Position numbers and translations under genes: made by a program. Below are positions 36,102-47,883 of a stretch of DNA of 64,000 nt, in pieces. The notes beneath the pieces were generated by a model. The model made no database searches. It saw nothing but the letters and a program-made list of their open reading frames with translations, and was not told the DNA's origin. Within the stretch, counting starts at the first letter, position 1; each line of letters opens with the position of its first letter. This DNA is from a virus: IMG/VR virus record IMGVR_UViG_3300020048_000023, positions 32,001 through 96,000 of that record, one strand, 5' to 3'.

Positions 36102-38924
36102 ATGATAACGTCAGATTCTACCGAACATTTAGGCAAAAGTATTGCAGACTATGAACTCAATATCGGTAAAAGGGTATGCAAAGCTACCCAGAGAAAATAC
36201 GGAAACGGTAAACCATTCAGAAGCGGTAACAAGGTAAACACCATTAAGGGTGTTATTATGCACCCTATAATGCACATTCCATCTTACACGTTCGTTGAAG
36301 ATGATAGCTACGTGGAATGCCGCCGATGTGTTATTGTTGTGGACAACGAAAAGACTAATATTACTATTGGTATGGATTTAACGCTGCTACAGAATGTTGC
36401 TGGCGCCGATGTTTATAATAAAGACTTGGTAATGCGTATGTATAGCGAAGGTGATGCAAAGATCATCACTCGGGAAGGTCGTAAATACCTTGCCAAAGCA
36501 ATAGACCAAACGCAGCTTATAGCTGAGATCAAGGACATAACCGAATTAAAACCTACAGAATGATAAGCAAAACTGACCTCTGGCAAATCTTCAAAGACCA
36601 CGAACAGGAAACTGGTCAGGTTATACCGCCGTTGATGCGCAACCATTTCTTGGAAATACTGCAACGGGTTGAGGATCGTCGTTCGCAACCCAAAAAGTGC
36701 TTAAAAAGCCCGACTGGTAAGCACGAATACATACCAGCGCCAGACAGTTTTGACGACCCATATTGCAGATTTTGCGGAAAAAAATAATACTATGAAAATA
36801 CCATTCGAATACAACGGAAGAAATCTAATACTAACCTACAATGAAAGGGGTATATTGGATAATGTACTGGACACCGCCACTGACTGCAATATGATGATGG
36901 AATATACCCAAGTGGGAACTGGCTACGAGTTTAGCACCCATAATGGTTATGTAAGAATGGATATGTGCAACGCCGTCTATATCAGAATAATGGAATTGGA
37001 CGTATTTGTACCAAAATTCATTTTCATACCAAACAGCGTAGATCGATATTGCCAGTGCGAGAAGCCTTGGGATGATCACGGAAAATGTGTAATTTGTGAA
37101 AAACCAATTAAAATAGTGTAAAATATGAGCAAAATAGAGGCAACAATGGAAGTGGTGCCAGTTACCAAAATCAAGATTGACGACACGGAAGTATTATTGG
37201 AAGACCTTGAACCTAATCAAGGAAAGTTAACCATTACCAGCTTTCGAAACAATTACTCCACGTATTGGGGTGCTATGGGCGGCGATTTAAAGTCGTTTCT
37301 CTGCGGTACAAATTCAGACTATTTTGCCAGTAGGTTAATGGGTCACAACAAAGACAACGTAATGGACGTAAGAGCCACGTTTACCGCGCTCAGGAAGCAT
37401 ATTGCCGACGAGATAATGCCTTGGTATCAGCATATGGAGTTTCAGAAGGAAATGCGTGCATACCTGAAAGACTTTCAGCGTGAGTGTGAAGGTTATGAAG
37501 ACTCACGTGCTGACGAGTTTTTCGTTAATATGTTTGAACACAGCTTTACCAACCGATTGGACTATTATCTGATAGAAGATAGGTTCGACAGAAAGGACGC
37601 CGAGGAAGCATTTAAAATAGGTGAGGTGTGGAACTTTATCTGTACCAAAAGAAGCCCAGAGTTCATTTGGTTGCAAAACCTGCATACCAAAATTGTTAAA
37701 ATACTAAATACGACGGTATATTAAAATAACGACAATGAAAGTAGAAAGAGTACACGACGGAATACGCTACACCCTATCAAATGAGTGTTTACATCACGGC
37801 GACGAGGTTTATCCTATAGCCCAAGGAAGGCAAACCGAAAACGATGGGTGGGTTATACATAATTTTGACTTTCGCGACTTTATATCTGGGTTCCCCGCTG
37901 ATCCGCATATAATCAAAAGTTTTGATAACAGCCACCCAAAAGAAAAGATTATCGACACGAATAAAGGGCATGCCTTTTCCGAGTGTTACTACAAAATAAT
38001 CAAGTGCGAGAAACAGGTAAAGGAAAACCAGAATCCGTATTCACGGTATGTCTGGGTAGAAACCGAAAAGCCTGTATTTCCACAGCCTTGGATATGCAAC
38101 CAATGTAATTCCGAGGAATACAGTGGGTATGTTTCGGAAGACGACATACAAAACTTAGCCTGCTCCACTTGTGGTGGCGTTGAGTTCCATAGAAATAATA
38201 AGTAATACAAAACAATACGAATGAACACACTTGAAAACAATGATTGGCGTTTTATCAATTATAGTGATGAAAACCTAAAAGCTATGCCGAAAGATAGGGA
38301 TTTTGAAGTATTATTCGACGACGGAACGATACTCAATTTCGATAATGAAAAATTTCCTTTCGCTGAAATTATCGCGTGGCGTGAATTAACCAAATAATAA
38401 ACTCAATACTTACAAATATGAAATTCAAAGTAGTTAAAGGCACGGAAACTTTTGAGAAGCTTGCCGCCTTCAGAGAACGTGTTAAAGATGTTAGTAAACA
38501 GGCTACAAATATGGCTACACTACTTGGCGGAGCCCGTTATTGTCATAGGTCAAATAAATTGGCTGGCGGTCTGAGTGCCATTGAATTTGAAACAAAGCCA
38601 GAAGGTTATAAAGTTGTTGGTAAAAAATGGCAACACCTTTACTACCCCAAAGCTTCTAACAAAAAAGACTGTGCTTTGATTGAAGGACTACCTACCATTG
38701 ATTACGACGAGCTGAACACAATAGTTAATTTCGAAGCTCCGCAAACCGTTTCGAGTGAACGAGGTATAGCTTGGATTAGTACAGTAGGTTTAACCTTTGG
38801 CGATGATGAAATGTTAATTTCCGTCCCTACTGGATGCAAATACACCCCACCAACCGACGTAGTAGAAATACTGGAATCTGAGTACGATAAACTCAAGAAG
38901 AAATTAAACCCAGACAAAGAATAA
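36102..38924 (+). other. Run of small hypothetical genes: 36102-36563, 36560-36787, 36792-37121, 37125-37724, 37735-38205, 38221-38397, 38418-38924
   Basis: Tightly packed co-oriented ORFs after the promoter at 36047; several have CxxC motifs. Confidence 0.65.
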
Positions 38925-38951
38925 TAAGTAATACAAAACAATACGAATGAA
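38194..38951 (+). repeat. 32-bp exact direct repeat (38194-38225 and 38920-38951) flanking two genes
   Basis: AATAATAAGTAATACAAAACAATACGAATGAA at both positions. Confidence 0.9.
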
Positions 38952-40374
38952 AGCAGTTGACCTTGTAACAATCGAGCGGTTTATCCCTATCTTCAAGGAA
39001 GGGGTACCTGCTAACGCCATTGAAGTAGCCCGAGTTAAGGGCTCCGATGGTGAGTCCATACAGTACGATATTGTCGTAGGTAAGGGACTACATCAAATTG
39101 GGGGTCAGGGTATTTATATCCAGCCCGACTACACTATTCCATTGAACGAACTGTTCTTGGAGTACCACGCACCGTTCGGCGAGCCTAAAAATAGCCGCTT
39201 GGGTAAGAAGGGTCGTGTCCGTGCCATAAAGTTTAACCTGAGCTTTGAGAACTCCACTGAGCCTATCTATAGCAATGGTATTCTGGTGCCGTGGAGCAAC
39301 TTTCTTGACTGGTTTTCCGCAGAATTGGATAAAGAAGGTAGTGCTATTAGAGATATAGAATTTCCTATGAATGATGCTATGTATACCCATCCAAGTACTG
39401 ACGTTGATGTAATGCGTACTAATTTTTTATACGACATTAATTTTAACCACCCTGAGTTTCCTTGGATGGAATTAATAGGTGTGGAGAAATACGTTGCCGA
39501 CGACAATCTGGAAGGTAGCCAGCCGAAGGGTATGACCGAACGTGAGTTTCCGTCGTTCCTGTACAAGACTGACGAGGAAACCATTCAGAACCACCGCAGG
39601 GCAGTTGACCGATGCTACGCCGACGAAGAGGTACTGGCTTTCACACAGAAGCGTGACGGTTCCAGTATTACAGAGTACTGTCGTATTAATCCTATTGCCG
39701 ACGAGTCACTATTGACAGAATACGAATTTGGCATCTGCTCCCGTAAATGGGAAAAGAAACTTGACCAGCAATACGTTGCTGGATACAAGGATGGGGAAGT
39801 TGTTCTGCACAAATATTTTCACCCAGAGCTTAAAATCAGGGGTTGGATGAACGACCAGAGCCGCGACTTCTATACCGAAGCCGAAGCAGCTGAAAAGTTC
39901 GAGCCAGTTATGGAAATTCAGAAGGACGCTTGGATTGATACCGATAAGAAATTCGGGTACCTTGCTAAACTTATAGAATTCTGTAAAAAGTATGAACGGC
40001 AACTGTGTATGCGCGGCGAGCTTATAGGCGCTGGCAACAAGGGTAGCGGTAATAAGCTTAATTCTGACGCACGAACCGAATCCCACGTGGTATGGTTCGG
40101 GGTTGACGATCTGAGCCAAGGCTTCTCTCGACGCATTCATTATGGTCAGGAACACAATCTTGAAACCATATGCGAAGAGCTTGGCTTCGAATATACCAAG
40201 GAGTTATTTAGCGGGGTATTCAGCTATGACGAGATAATCGCCAAGGCTCACGAATACTTTAAAAAGGTGAAGGACGAAACTGGTATTATAGTTGAAGGCG
40301 TGGTTATACGTACCAAGTACAGCAATAACCTATCCGTCAAATATATCAACCCAGAATATGATGCCAAATCCTAA
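38947..40374 (+). CDS. ATP-dependent RNA ligase (DRB0094/Rnl2-like)
   Basis: N-terminal I..ANAIEVA; KTDEE.IQN; motif I TQKRDGSSIT; RGELIG; EGVVIR; KYINPEY. Confidence 0.9.
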   Translation: MKAVDLVTIERFIPIFKEGVPANAIEVARVKGSDGESIQYDIVVGKGLHQIGGQGIYIQPDYTIPLNELFLEYHAPFGEPKNSRLGKKGRVRAIKFNLSFENSTEPIYSNGILVPWSNFLDWFSAELDKEGSAIRDIEFPMNDAMYTHPSTDVDVMRTNFLYDINFNHPEFPWMELIGVEKYVADDNLEGSQPKGMTEREFPSFLYKTDEETIQNHRRAVDRCYADEEVLAFTQKRDGSSITEYCRINPIADESLLTEYEFGICSRKWEKKLDQQYVAGYKDGEVVLHKYFHPELKIRGWMNDQSRDFYTEAEAAEKFEPVMEIQKDAWIDTDKKFGYLAKLIEFCKKYERQLCMRGELIGAGNKGSGNKLNSDARTESHVVWFGVDDLSQGFSRRIHYGQEHNLETICEELGFEYTKELFSGVFSYDEIIAKAHEYFKKVKDETGIIVEGVVIRTKYSNNLSVKYINPEYDAKS

Positions 40375-40483
40375 TTGGCGCATCTTAGCGGAAAATCCCC
40401 AGCGATGGGGATTTTTTTTTATTTATATTTGGTAATGTCAAAACTTAGTTGTATATTTGTGCTCTAAATAAAATAACCCAGAT

Positions 40484-40876
40484 ATGGAAACAAAGTTTAA
40501 AGTAGCTAAGTATCAGAACGCAGACGGTGGCTTTGTTAAAACGGGCTATGACGAATATAATGTTACGTTTTTAAAAGGGTTGAAAACGCATCAATTACGT
40601 ATAGTCGTAAATGGGTATATAACCAAACAGGCTATCAATATAATTGCCTTCCAGACTGGCTATCGTGATAAAATATTATCGGCGGTAAGTGAGTATGTTC
40701 ATAAAGAGAATATAAATCCAGAATCATTGGTTAAGAAAAAAATGACCCTTGACTACCTAAGACTTTTTTACTCAAAAAAAGTTATTAAAAACATAGAGAA
40801 TTATCTCGTTAACATAAATAAATCTGACTCGCGGGACGAACTAACCAAATACCAATTAATTGGTGATAACAAGTAG
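40484..40876 (+). CDS. Hypothetical protein
   Basis: ORF after the promoter at 40428. Confidence 0.6.
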   Translation: METKFKVAKYQNADGGFVKTGYDEYNVTFLKGLKTHQLRIVVNGYITKQAINIIAFQTGYRDKILSAVSEYVHKENINPESLVKKKMTLDYLRLFYSKKVIKNIENYLVNINKSDSRDELTKYQLIGDNK

Positions 40877-40891
40877 CTAAATAAAAAATAT

Positions 40892-41236
40892 ATGCCAAAG
40901 TATAGCAGATACGTATCAGACGGCGCCAGTTTATACGGCGTTATGGATATGCCTAAACTTTTATCAATACGCAAGGTAGACTTGATGGAAATTTACGTTA
41001 ATACCAAGTATAGTTACTCATTTGAGTGCGCTATAAAAGCCGCTCTTGAAATGGGTATACTTGAACAAGAAGACCCTAACGAGGAATACAGCTACCCGTT
41101 TGATGAAATCAGGGCTACGCTGGAAGACTTCGTTAAATCAGGTATATTCACCGACGATGATTTGGCTTTCCTTGAAGAAAGGGTACTTGACAAATTGGGC
41201 GCAGACCCAGATAAAATTAACGAAAACCCTATTTAG
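40892..41236 (+). CDS. Hypothetical acidic protein
   Basis: 114-aa ORF abutting thg1. Confidence 0.6.
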   Translation: MPKYSRYVSDGASLYGVMDMPKLLSIRKVDLMEIYVNTKYSYSFECAIKAALEMGILEQEDPNEEYSYPFDEIRATLEDFVKSGIFTDDDLAFLEERVLDKLGADPDKINENPI

Positions 41237-41237
41237 T

Positions 41238-42056
41238 ATGAATGATGCTTTAAGTGAACGAATGAAGCGATACGAGAACGTTAATCGCAATTATCTTACC
41301 CCGCGCACATATACCATTATCAGGGTGGACGGTAAGGCTTTCCACACCTTTACCAAGAGGTTCAAAAGACCTTTTGACGAAGACTTGGTGAATATGATGA
41401 ATATGACCGCGCTATACCTTGCCAAAAAGGTTCAGGGGTGCAAGCTGGCTTATGTTCAGTCCGACGAAATTTCCTTGGTATTAACCGACTTTGACGACCT
41501 TAATACGTCGGCTTGGTTTGATGGTAATATCCAGAAGATCGTAAGCGTTTCGGCGTCTATGGCTACGGCTGAGTTCAACAGGTATTTACTGATGAACTAT
41601 GTTCAGTCGGGTAAAGGGTTAATTGACCCAGAAAGGCTTACAGCCACGGAAATTAGTTCAATGAAGTTCGCTGAGTTCGATTCCCGCACGTACACCATAC
41701 CGACCAAAACCGAAGTTATAAACTACCTGATATGGCGACAGAAGGACGCTACGCGCAACAGCATAGCTATGGTTGCTCAGTCCTTATGCTCAGCTTCGGA
41801 ATTAAAAAACAAAAACGGCGACCAGCAACAGGAACTGATCTTTCAGAAGGGTCAGAACTGGAATGACTACGACGATGGGTTGAAGCGTGGACGCGTTATT
41901 ATGCGTGTGCCAGAGTTTAAGCCTCATAATTCCGAGAGCTTCGACATTAACGACCCAGATACTGGTGTTACACGTATGAAGTGGCGTGTTGTTAACCCGC
42001 CGATCTTCACACAGGATCGTGAATTTTTATCTGGATTAATCCTTGAAAATAAGTAA
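41238..42056 (+). CDS. thg1: tRNA(His) guanylyltransferase Thg1-like 3'-5' polymerase (start re-called)
   Basis: RMKRYE..IIRVDGKAFHTFT..KRPFD..YVQSDEIS..FDSR..WRQKDATRNS. Confidence 0.93.
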   Translation: MNDALSERMKRYENVNRNYLTPRTYTIIRVDGKAFHTFTKRFKRPFDEDLVNMMNMTALYLAKKVQGCKLAYVQSDEISLVLTDFDDLNTSAWFDGNIQKIVSVSASMATAEFNRYLLMNYVQSGKGLIDPERLTATEISSMKFAEFDSRTYTIPTKTEVINYLIWRQKDATRNSIAMVAQSLCSASELKNKNGDQQQELIFQKGQNWNDYDDGLKRGRVIMRVPEFKPHNSESFDINDPDTGVTRMKWRVVNPPIFTQDREFLSGLILENK

Positions 42057-42057
42057 C

Positions 42058-43448
42058 ATGTTACTATTCAAGACAAAATACGTAATTGCTATCACCGAAG
42101 CGTGGATACAGGAAGATTATTCTTGCCTGTGTCTACCGCTTTTTGGTACCACTCTGACCACATTCCCAATGGAGAATAATGGTAAGGCTTACAATCTTAT
42201 CGTACCGATATTCTTTTTTGATATTGTTTTGGTATGGGGGACTAAACCGATAATAAATACTCAATGACAAAGGTAATAATTGAAGGCGAGAGCAACGTTA
42301 AAAAATGTGCTGATGAATTTGTGAACCTACATTTTGGTAACCACAACAATCTGATCCAGAAAATAATTCAAGATGTAACTAAAGAAGTGGCTGTAGAAGG
42401 TAAATTAAGCCGCGCAGGATACGATCTCTTCTCCTACTATGTACTGACCCGAGTGCGGGAAGCACTCACCTTAGCGGGCTTAATAATGACTAAAGACGAA
42501 TAATATGTTACAGTGGTTAAATACAATAGTTAATTGGTGGAGCGGGAAGGTTCCAGAACCAGTTATAACGACCCCAGTTCCAGAGGTTGAATCACCAGAA
42601 CTTATAGCTCTGAAAAAAGAACAATATCGGGCTATAATAACAAAAGCCGAGAAAGAATCGGATGCTAACTACAAAAAGGCTAAAAAAGAATACGATAAAC
42701 GTAATTCAATATGCCCCAAATGTGGTCATAATGTCGTTGTCGAGCATATTCAGAGGCTACAGGGTGAAATTAACGGTAGTATGGGCGGTAGTATCTTTGG
42801 CTTTGGCGGAAGTATACACGGGAGTATGGATACTAACGAAGTAAATTTTTGCACCAAATGTTCGCATCAATGGAAAAAGGGTGAGCTTAAAGATTGGGGT
42901 GGCGGCAATATTATTAGCGCTCATTTATCGTGGCTTCGTATAGCTATTAGTCACTATAATAAAATACATAATGTTACGTTCGACCCAACAGATATTACCG
43001 AACAGTATAATTCTGTGGAAGAAAAGCTTGAACACGTAATTAAAAACTATACTGATCTTAGTAACAGGGCTCGTAAGTTCTGGGGCGACACGTCCATTGA
43101 AGTTATTTTGCAGTTTGCTAAGGAACACCATTCTTATTACAACGACATAAACTACTATATGGAACAATATTTTCCTGAAAAAGTATTACACGACGGGCTC
43201 GAATATAAGTACGCCAAAGAAATGCTACCAGTATGAGCGATTACGTCTATACCGAAGAAGACCGCAGGCAGGAAACCGAGGCATTTATGCAATGTTGCGG
43301 GACTTGCCTGAATTTCGCTTCTTATATGACTACGGCTGGGTTCTGCAAAATTGCCGAGTGCAATTGCATATGCAAAAACCCAAAGGCAATGATCGATATG
43401 TTCGACCCTAAATGTGACAAATGGATTTTAAACCCCAAAGAAATATAA
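42058..43448 (+). other. Small hypothetical genes: 42058-42267, 42264-42503, 42505-43236 (Zn ribbon), 43233-43448 (Cys-rich)
   Basis: Overlapping or abutting co-oriented ORFs. Confidence 0.6.
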
Positions 43449-43466
43449 ATTACTTAAATCAAATAT

Positions 43467-44375
43467 ATGGGACATTTATGTGTTTACCACTCGGTAGACC
43501 TCGACGGCTGGGTTAGTGCCGCAATTGTAAAGGGCATACACCCTGACGTTGTACTTGTAGGGTACAGCTACGGCGACCCAGTACCTACCATACCACCAGA
43601 CCAGCACGTGATCATCTGCGACTGCGCCTTTGATATGGACGTTATGGACGAAATAGCCAAAAAATCCGCAAGCTTTACGTGGATTGACCACCACGCCTCA
43701 GCCATAAAGAAATTCCACGCATACTGGGATGAACAACAAGTGGACTTCTTCTGGAATGTTAAACTTCCCGAAGGCGACCAGCTTATTGGAGCCTGCGAAT
43801 TAACGTGGGAATACTACCACCCAGATCAAAAAACACCGTGGGCTGTTGAACTACTTGGTATGTATGACTGTTTCAGGCATAAACAACCAGAAAACGAATA
43901 CTACGAGTACTTTGCGTTATGGTTTAATCTGGCTGCACAGACTATTTGCGACAGCCCAGATACAGCCGATCAATTTCTTTTTATGAACGGCTCAGAAGTT
44001 CGTGAACATATGAAGAAGGGTAACGTTATATACGACTATAAAGCAATGGAAGCTAAGCAGTTGTACAAAAAGGGTATTGCCGTTGTTATAAACAACAAGC
44101 GTTTCATACTGTTTAATGCAGACCACTTCAACCCGCCCAGCTACGGAATTGATTACCACAAGGATGGATTTGACGGCAGCGGGTATTTCAGGTTCGATGG
44201 TAAAATGTGGCATTTCAGCCTGACCAACGACGACGGCAGTATTGACTGCTCAGAGATTTGCAAAGCATTCGGCGGCGGTGGACATAAGGGAGCGGCTGGG
44301 TTCGAGCCAGATTTCCATACCTTACAGGGTATTCTTGAAGGTGAGTTTAGTGAGAGAGAAATGTTTATGTATTAA
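43467..44375 (+). CDS. DHH/DHHA1 phosphoesterase
   Basis: YHSVDLDG, ICDC, WIDHH, FGGGGHKGAAGF. Confidence 0.92.
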   Translation: MGHLCVYHSVDLDGWVSAAIVKGIHPDVVLVGYSYGDPVPTIPPDQHVIICDCAFDMDVMDEIAKKSASFTWIDHHASAIKKFHAYWDEQQVDFFWNVKLPEGDQLIGACELTWEYYHPDQKTPWAVELLGMYDCFRHKQPENEYYEYFALWFNLAAQTICDSPDTADQFLFMNGSEVREHMKKGNVIYDYKAMEAKQLYKKGIAVVINNKRFILFNADHFNPPSYGIDYHKDGFDGSGYFRFDGKMWHFSLTNDDGSIDCSEICKAFGGGGHKGAAGFEPDFHTLQGILEGEFSEREMFMY

Positions 44376-44393
44376 TGGAAATTTTTTGCCAAA

Positions 44394-44648
44394 ATGAAAA
44401 TGTTAGTCATAATTTTTCTTACTGTAGTTTTATTTTCCTGTAGCCCATATAAACCAGAGCTTCAATATCCCGTGGTTTATGTAGATACATCATACGCCAA
44501 GCACGCAAGGTGGTCTGAACCAGTCATAACTATAATATTGAAAGATAGAAATGGCGAATTGCAGGAGTTATACACTCAAAGGGGTTACTATGACAAGTGG
44601 ACAGATAGTATATATTGTAACTGTAAAATAGGCGACACCATTAAGTAA
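44394..44648 (+). CDS. Small lipoprotein
   Basis: Signal peptide with an LFSC lipobox. Confidence 0.65.
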   Translation: MKMLVIIFLTVVLFSCSPYKPELQYPVVYVDTSYAKHARWSEPVITIILKDRNGELQELYTQRGYYDKWTDSIYCNCKIGDTIK

Positions 44649-44745
44649 AATATTTTCCTGAAAGTGTTGTTTAATGGAAAAAAAATGTCTATATTTAAGG
44701 CACAATATAAATCAATAAATCAATAAAAAATCAAACAAAAATCGA

Positions 44746-46986
44746 ATGAAAAATCACGTTAAAATCGATGCGAAGTTCTATTTAACCACTCAGGTTGTAT
44801 CGAACGACAAGACCGTTCAGGTCGCAAAAAAAATCAACCACATTTTCATTGTGGATGTATCAGGCTCAATGTCTGGTGAATTATCCCAAATCAGGCGACA
44901 GTTGAAAAACAACCTTTCGAACATTATGAACGAAGGGGACACTATCACTATTATCTGGTTCTCGGGAAGAAACGATTGCGGTATTCTAAAGGAAGAAGTT
45001 GAGGTGAAATCGCTGAAAACTTTGGAAGACCTTAATAATGCAATCGACCGTTGGCTTAAACCAATTGGTCTTACAGCGTTCTGCAAACCGCTAACGTTGA
45101 CAAAAGAAGTAATTGACAGGATTAAGAAAAACAGACCTGACAGCGTTTTCTCAATGGTATTCCTTACCGATGGGTACAACAACGACTGTTCCTACGAATC
45201 TGTGCTAACAACACTGAAGAGTCTGGAAAATGACCTTGCATCTGCTTGTTTCGTTGAATACGGCTACTATGCTGACTCGCAAAGACTGACCCAGATGGCT
45301 TCCGTCGTTGGCGGCGAGAAGATATCTGCCAGTAGCTTCGAAGAATTTGAACCATTTTTCAACAAAAGGATTTCATCCCCGTTGATGGGTGGCAAAAAGG
45401 TTGTCGTTGAGATTACTGACCCATTCTTGTACGACTTTGCGTACTCAGTTACCCCAGATGGCGGTGTTATCTTGTATGACATTCAAAAGGGGGAACACGG
45501 GTGCTCAGTGATGGTGGGTGGCGACGTGAAAGAGATTTATTTCTTTTCACCTGACGCCATTGGAACTGAAAATAAGCCAGAAACGGCGCTATATGCTGCC
45601 GTGTATGTCCTTGCGGACAAACTGAAGAATGACGATGCAGAGAAGATTTTCTACGTACTCGGTGATCAACACTATTACCTTGAACTATTGAAAGCCTTCG
45701 GCAAACAGAAGCTTAATGCTTTTAAAGCCAACATCAAAGAATGCGTGGGCGATCTTGCCAAAAGGTATCCTGATGGACAAGCCGCAATTTCGAAGGTACC
45801 AGATGATGCATACTGCCTGATGAACCTGATCTATGATCTGGGCTCTATCGACGGTTGCTTATTCTTCCCGAGCCACCCAGACTTCGTGTATAACCGCATC
45901 GGTCGTAAACGCGTTCAAAAAGGCGACAATCTGTCAGACGACGACCAGAAACGGTTAGCCGAGGCAAAAGACGTTAAGGGAGCTCAGGCTATCTTAGCTG
46001 AACTTGCTGAGAAGAATGTCGAGCTTAAATTCACGTCAAGCGGGGATAAGGGTTCACCTTTAACCAGCCTTGTGTGGAACGAAGAACGTGCCAACCTGTC
46101 AGTACTTGTACGCACCGAAGGCACCGTTGAGGTACCAGACAACCAGTGGGGAGTAAAAATTGTACCTACATTTAAGTACAACAACTACACCCTGATCAAG
46201 GATGGTATTGTCAACGTTGAAAAGCTTCCGCTGTCCTATACAGAAGAGCTGAAAAAGATCGTTGTGGAAAAAGGTTTGAATGCCAAGATTATCGACGGAT
46301 TCATTGTCCTTGACCTCAGCAGCCTGCCTATCGTTAACAAAGCTATGGTGAAAGCCCTGTCTGCCGATGCATTAGCAAAGCAGGAGTGGGAATTACTGAA
46401 GCTCCAAGGCGATAAAAAGGTTTACGATTACTACCGTAAACAACTGTTCCCGAAAGAAAGCACCACTTTCATCGAAGATTATGGCGCTGATGCCGCTGCT
46501 TGGTTAAAAGAGATTGGCATCACCGACTATAACGGGTTCTCACCGAAGACCGAAGCTGTTGAGTCTACTGACTTTTATATGTCGGTTCGCTTGGCTACCA
46601 AGATCAAAGGTTTGTCCTCGTTGCCTAAGGTGGAAGACGTTGCCGTAAAATTGGCTGCTGGTACTACTTTAAAAACTGGCGAATGGCTCTTGAAGTCGGC
46701 GCTGGAAGAGTACAACAACCAACTGGTATCACCGTTGTTTGTATCGTTGACCCCTGAACAGCAATTAGCCACATTACAGGCTTATCTGATCAGCAAGAGC
46801 AACGACCTGAATTACAAAAAACGCAAAATTATGCAGGAACTTGCGCAGATTAAATTTGCGCTCATTCTCTCGAAAAAATGGTTCACAGAATTCAATACAT
46901 TCGACGAGAATAAGTTAACCCTGACGTTAGACGGATTCCCACTTGAGTTCACCTTCGACCTGTTCGAAAAGGAAGAAAAAATCTAA
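44746..46986 (+). CDS. vWA-domain protein
   Basis: MIDAS motif VDVSGSM..T..FLTDG. Confidence 0.88.
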   Translation: MKNHVKIDAKFYLTTQVVSNDKTVQVAKKINHIFIVDVSGSMSGELSQIRRQLKNNLSNIMNEGDTITIIWFSGRNDCGILKEEVEVKSLKTLEDLNNAIDRWLKPIGLTAFCKPLTLTKEVIDRIKKNRPDSVFSMVFLTDGYNNDCSYESVLTTLKSLENDLASACFVEYGYYADSQRLTQMASVVGGEKISASSFEEFEPFFNKRISSPLMGGKKVVVEITDPFLYDFAYSVTPDGGVILYDIQKGEHGCSVMVGGDVKEIYFFSPDAIGTENKPETALYAAVYVLADKLKNDDAEKIFYVLGDQHYYLELLKAFGKQKLNAFKANIKECVGDLAKRYPDGQAAISKVPDDAYCLMNLIYDLGSIDGCLFFPSHPDFVYNRIGRKRVQKGDNLSDDDQKRLAEAKDVKGAQAILAELAEKNVELKFTSSGDKGSPLTSLVWNEERANLSVLVRTEGTVEVPDNQWGVKIVPTFKYNNYTLIKDGIVNVEKLPLSYTEELKKIVVEKGLNAKIIDGFIVLDLSSLPIVNKAMVKALSADALAKQEWELLKLQGDKKVYDYYRKQLFPKESTTFIEDYGADAAAWLKEIGITDYNGFSPKTEAVESTDFYMSVRLATKIKGLSSLPKVEDVAVKLAAGTTLKTGEWLLKSALEEYNNQLVSPLFVSLTPEQQLATLQAYLISKSNDLNYKKRKIMQELAQIKFALILSKKWFTEFNTFDENKLTLTLDGFPLEFTFDLFEKEEKI

Positions 46987-47139
46987 CCTGTAGTTTGTAT
47001 TTTCGCTGGAAGCCGCCATATTTATAGGATATGGTGGCTTTCTTTTTTAATCATATCACACCTTTCCGCTTAAACCTACCGCACAAGTGATCCTTTCACC
47101 TGTGCGTTTTTTTTTATAATAATACCTAAATACAATGTT

Positions 47140-47883
47140 ATGAACAGCAACAAAAAACAACCAGTACGCCGCAAATCCAAGTATAACAGCGAAGATTTTG
47201 ACGTCAGGGACGTAGTAGACAACCCTAAAACCAATGAACCAGTTATGCACAAATTCGTATTAAAGTGCAAAAACGATCACCAGAAGGAGTTTGTAAAGTT
47301 GATCGAAGATAACCAAATTACGATCTGTACTGGCGACTCTGGGGTTGGTAAGAGTTATCTATCCTTGGCTAAAGCGCTTGAACTCTATAAAGATCGCAGC
47401 AACGGGTACAGTAAGATTTTTATCATTACGCCTATCGTTGAAGTGGAAGATAATTTGGGTTTTCTTAAAGGTTCTATGGAAGATAAATTAGCCCCGTATC
47501 TGTACTCAATTTATTACATTATTGACGGAATTATTGGTGAAACAAATCGTAAGAAAATGGTTGAAATGGAGATAATTAAGCCTTTATGTATATCGTACAT
47601 ACGCGGGCAGAACATAGACAATGCCATACTCATATCCGACGAAACCCAGAATATGTCCGTAAAGGGTGTAAAGACCCTGCTTACCCGTATAGGTCATAAC
47701 TCTAAATTCATACTCTCTGGTGACATAAACCAGATTGACAGGTTTACAGATATAGACAAATCTGGGTTAGTATATGCGTATAACCACCTTAATGGAATCG
47801 ACGGTATAGGGCTCTTTGAGTTCGAGAAAAAGGATATTGTCAGAAACCCAATTATCGGGGAAATACTTGATAGATTTGAATAA
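47140..47883 (+). CDS. phoH: PhoH-family ATPase
   Basis: GDSGVGKS, LGFLKG, YIRG, DETQN, LTRIG, GDINQID, DIVRNP. Confidence 0.93.
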   Translation: MNSNKKQPVRRKSKYNSEDFDVRDVVDNPKTNEPVMHKFVLKCKNDHQKEFVKLIEDNQITICTGDSGVGKSYLSLAKALELYKDRSNGYSKIFIITPIVEVEDNLGFLKGSMEDKLAPYLYSIYYIIDGIIGETNRKKMVEMEIIKPLCISYIRGQNIDNAILISDETQNMSVKGVKTLLTRIGHNSKFILSGDINQIDRFTDIDKSGLVYAYNHLNGIDGIGLFEFEKKDIVRNPIIGEILDRFE

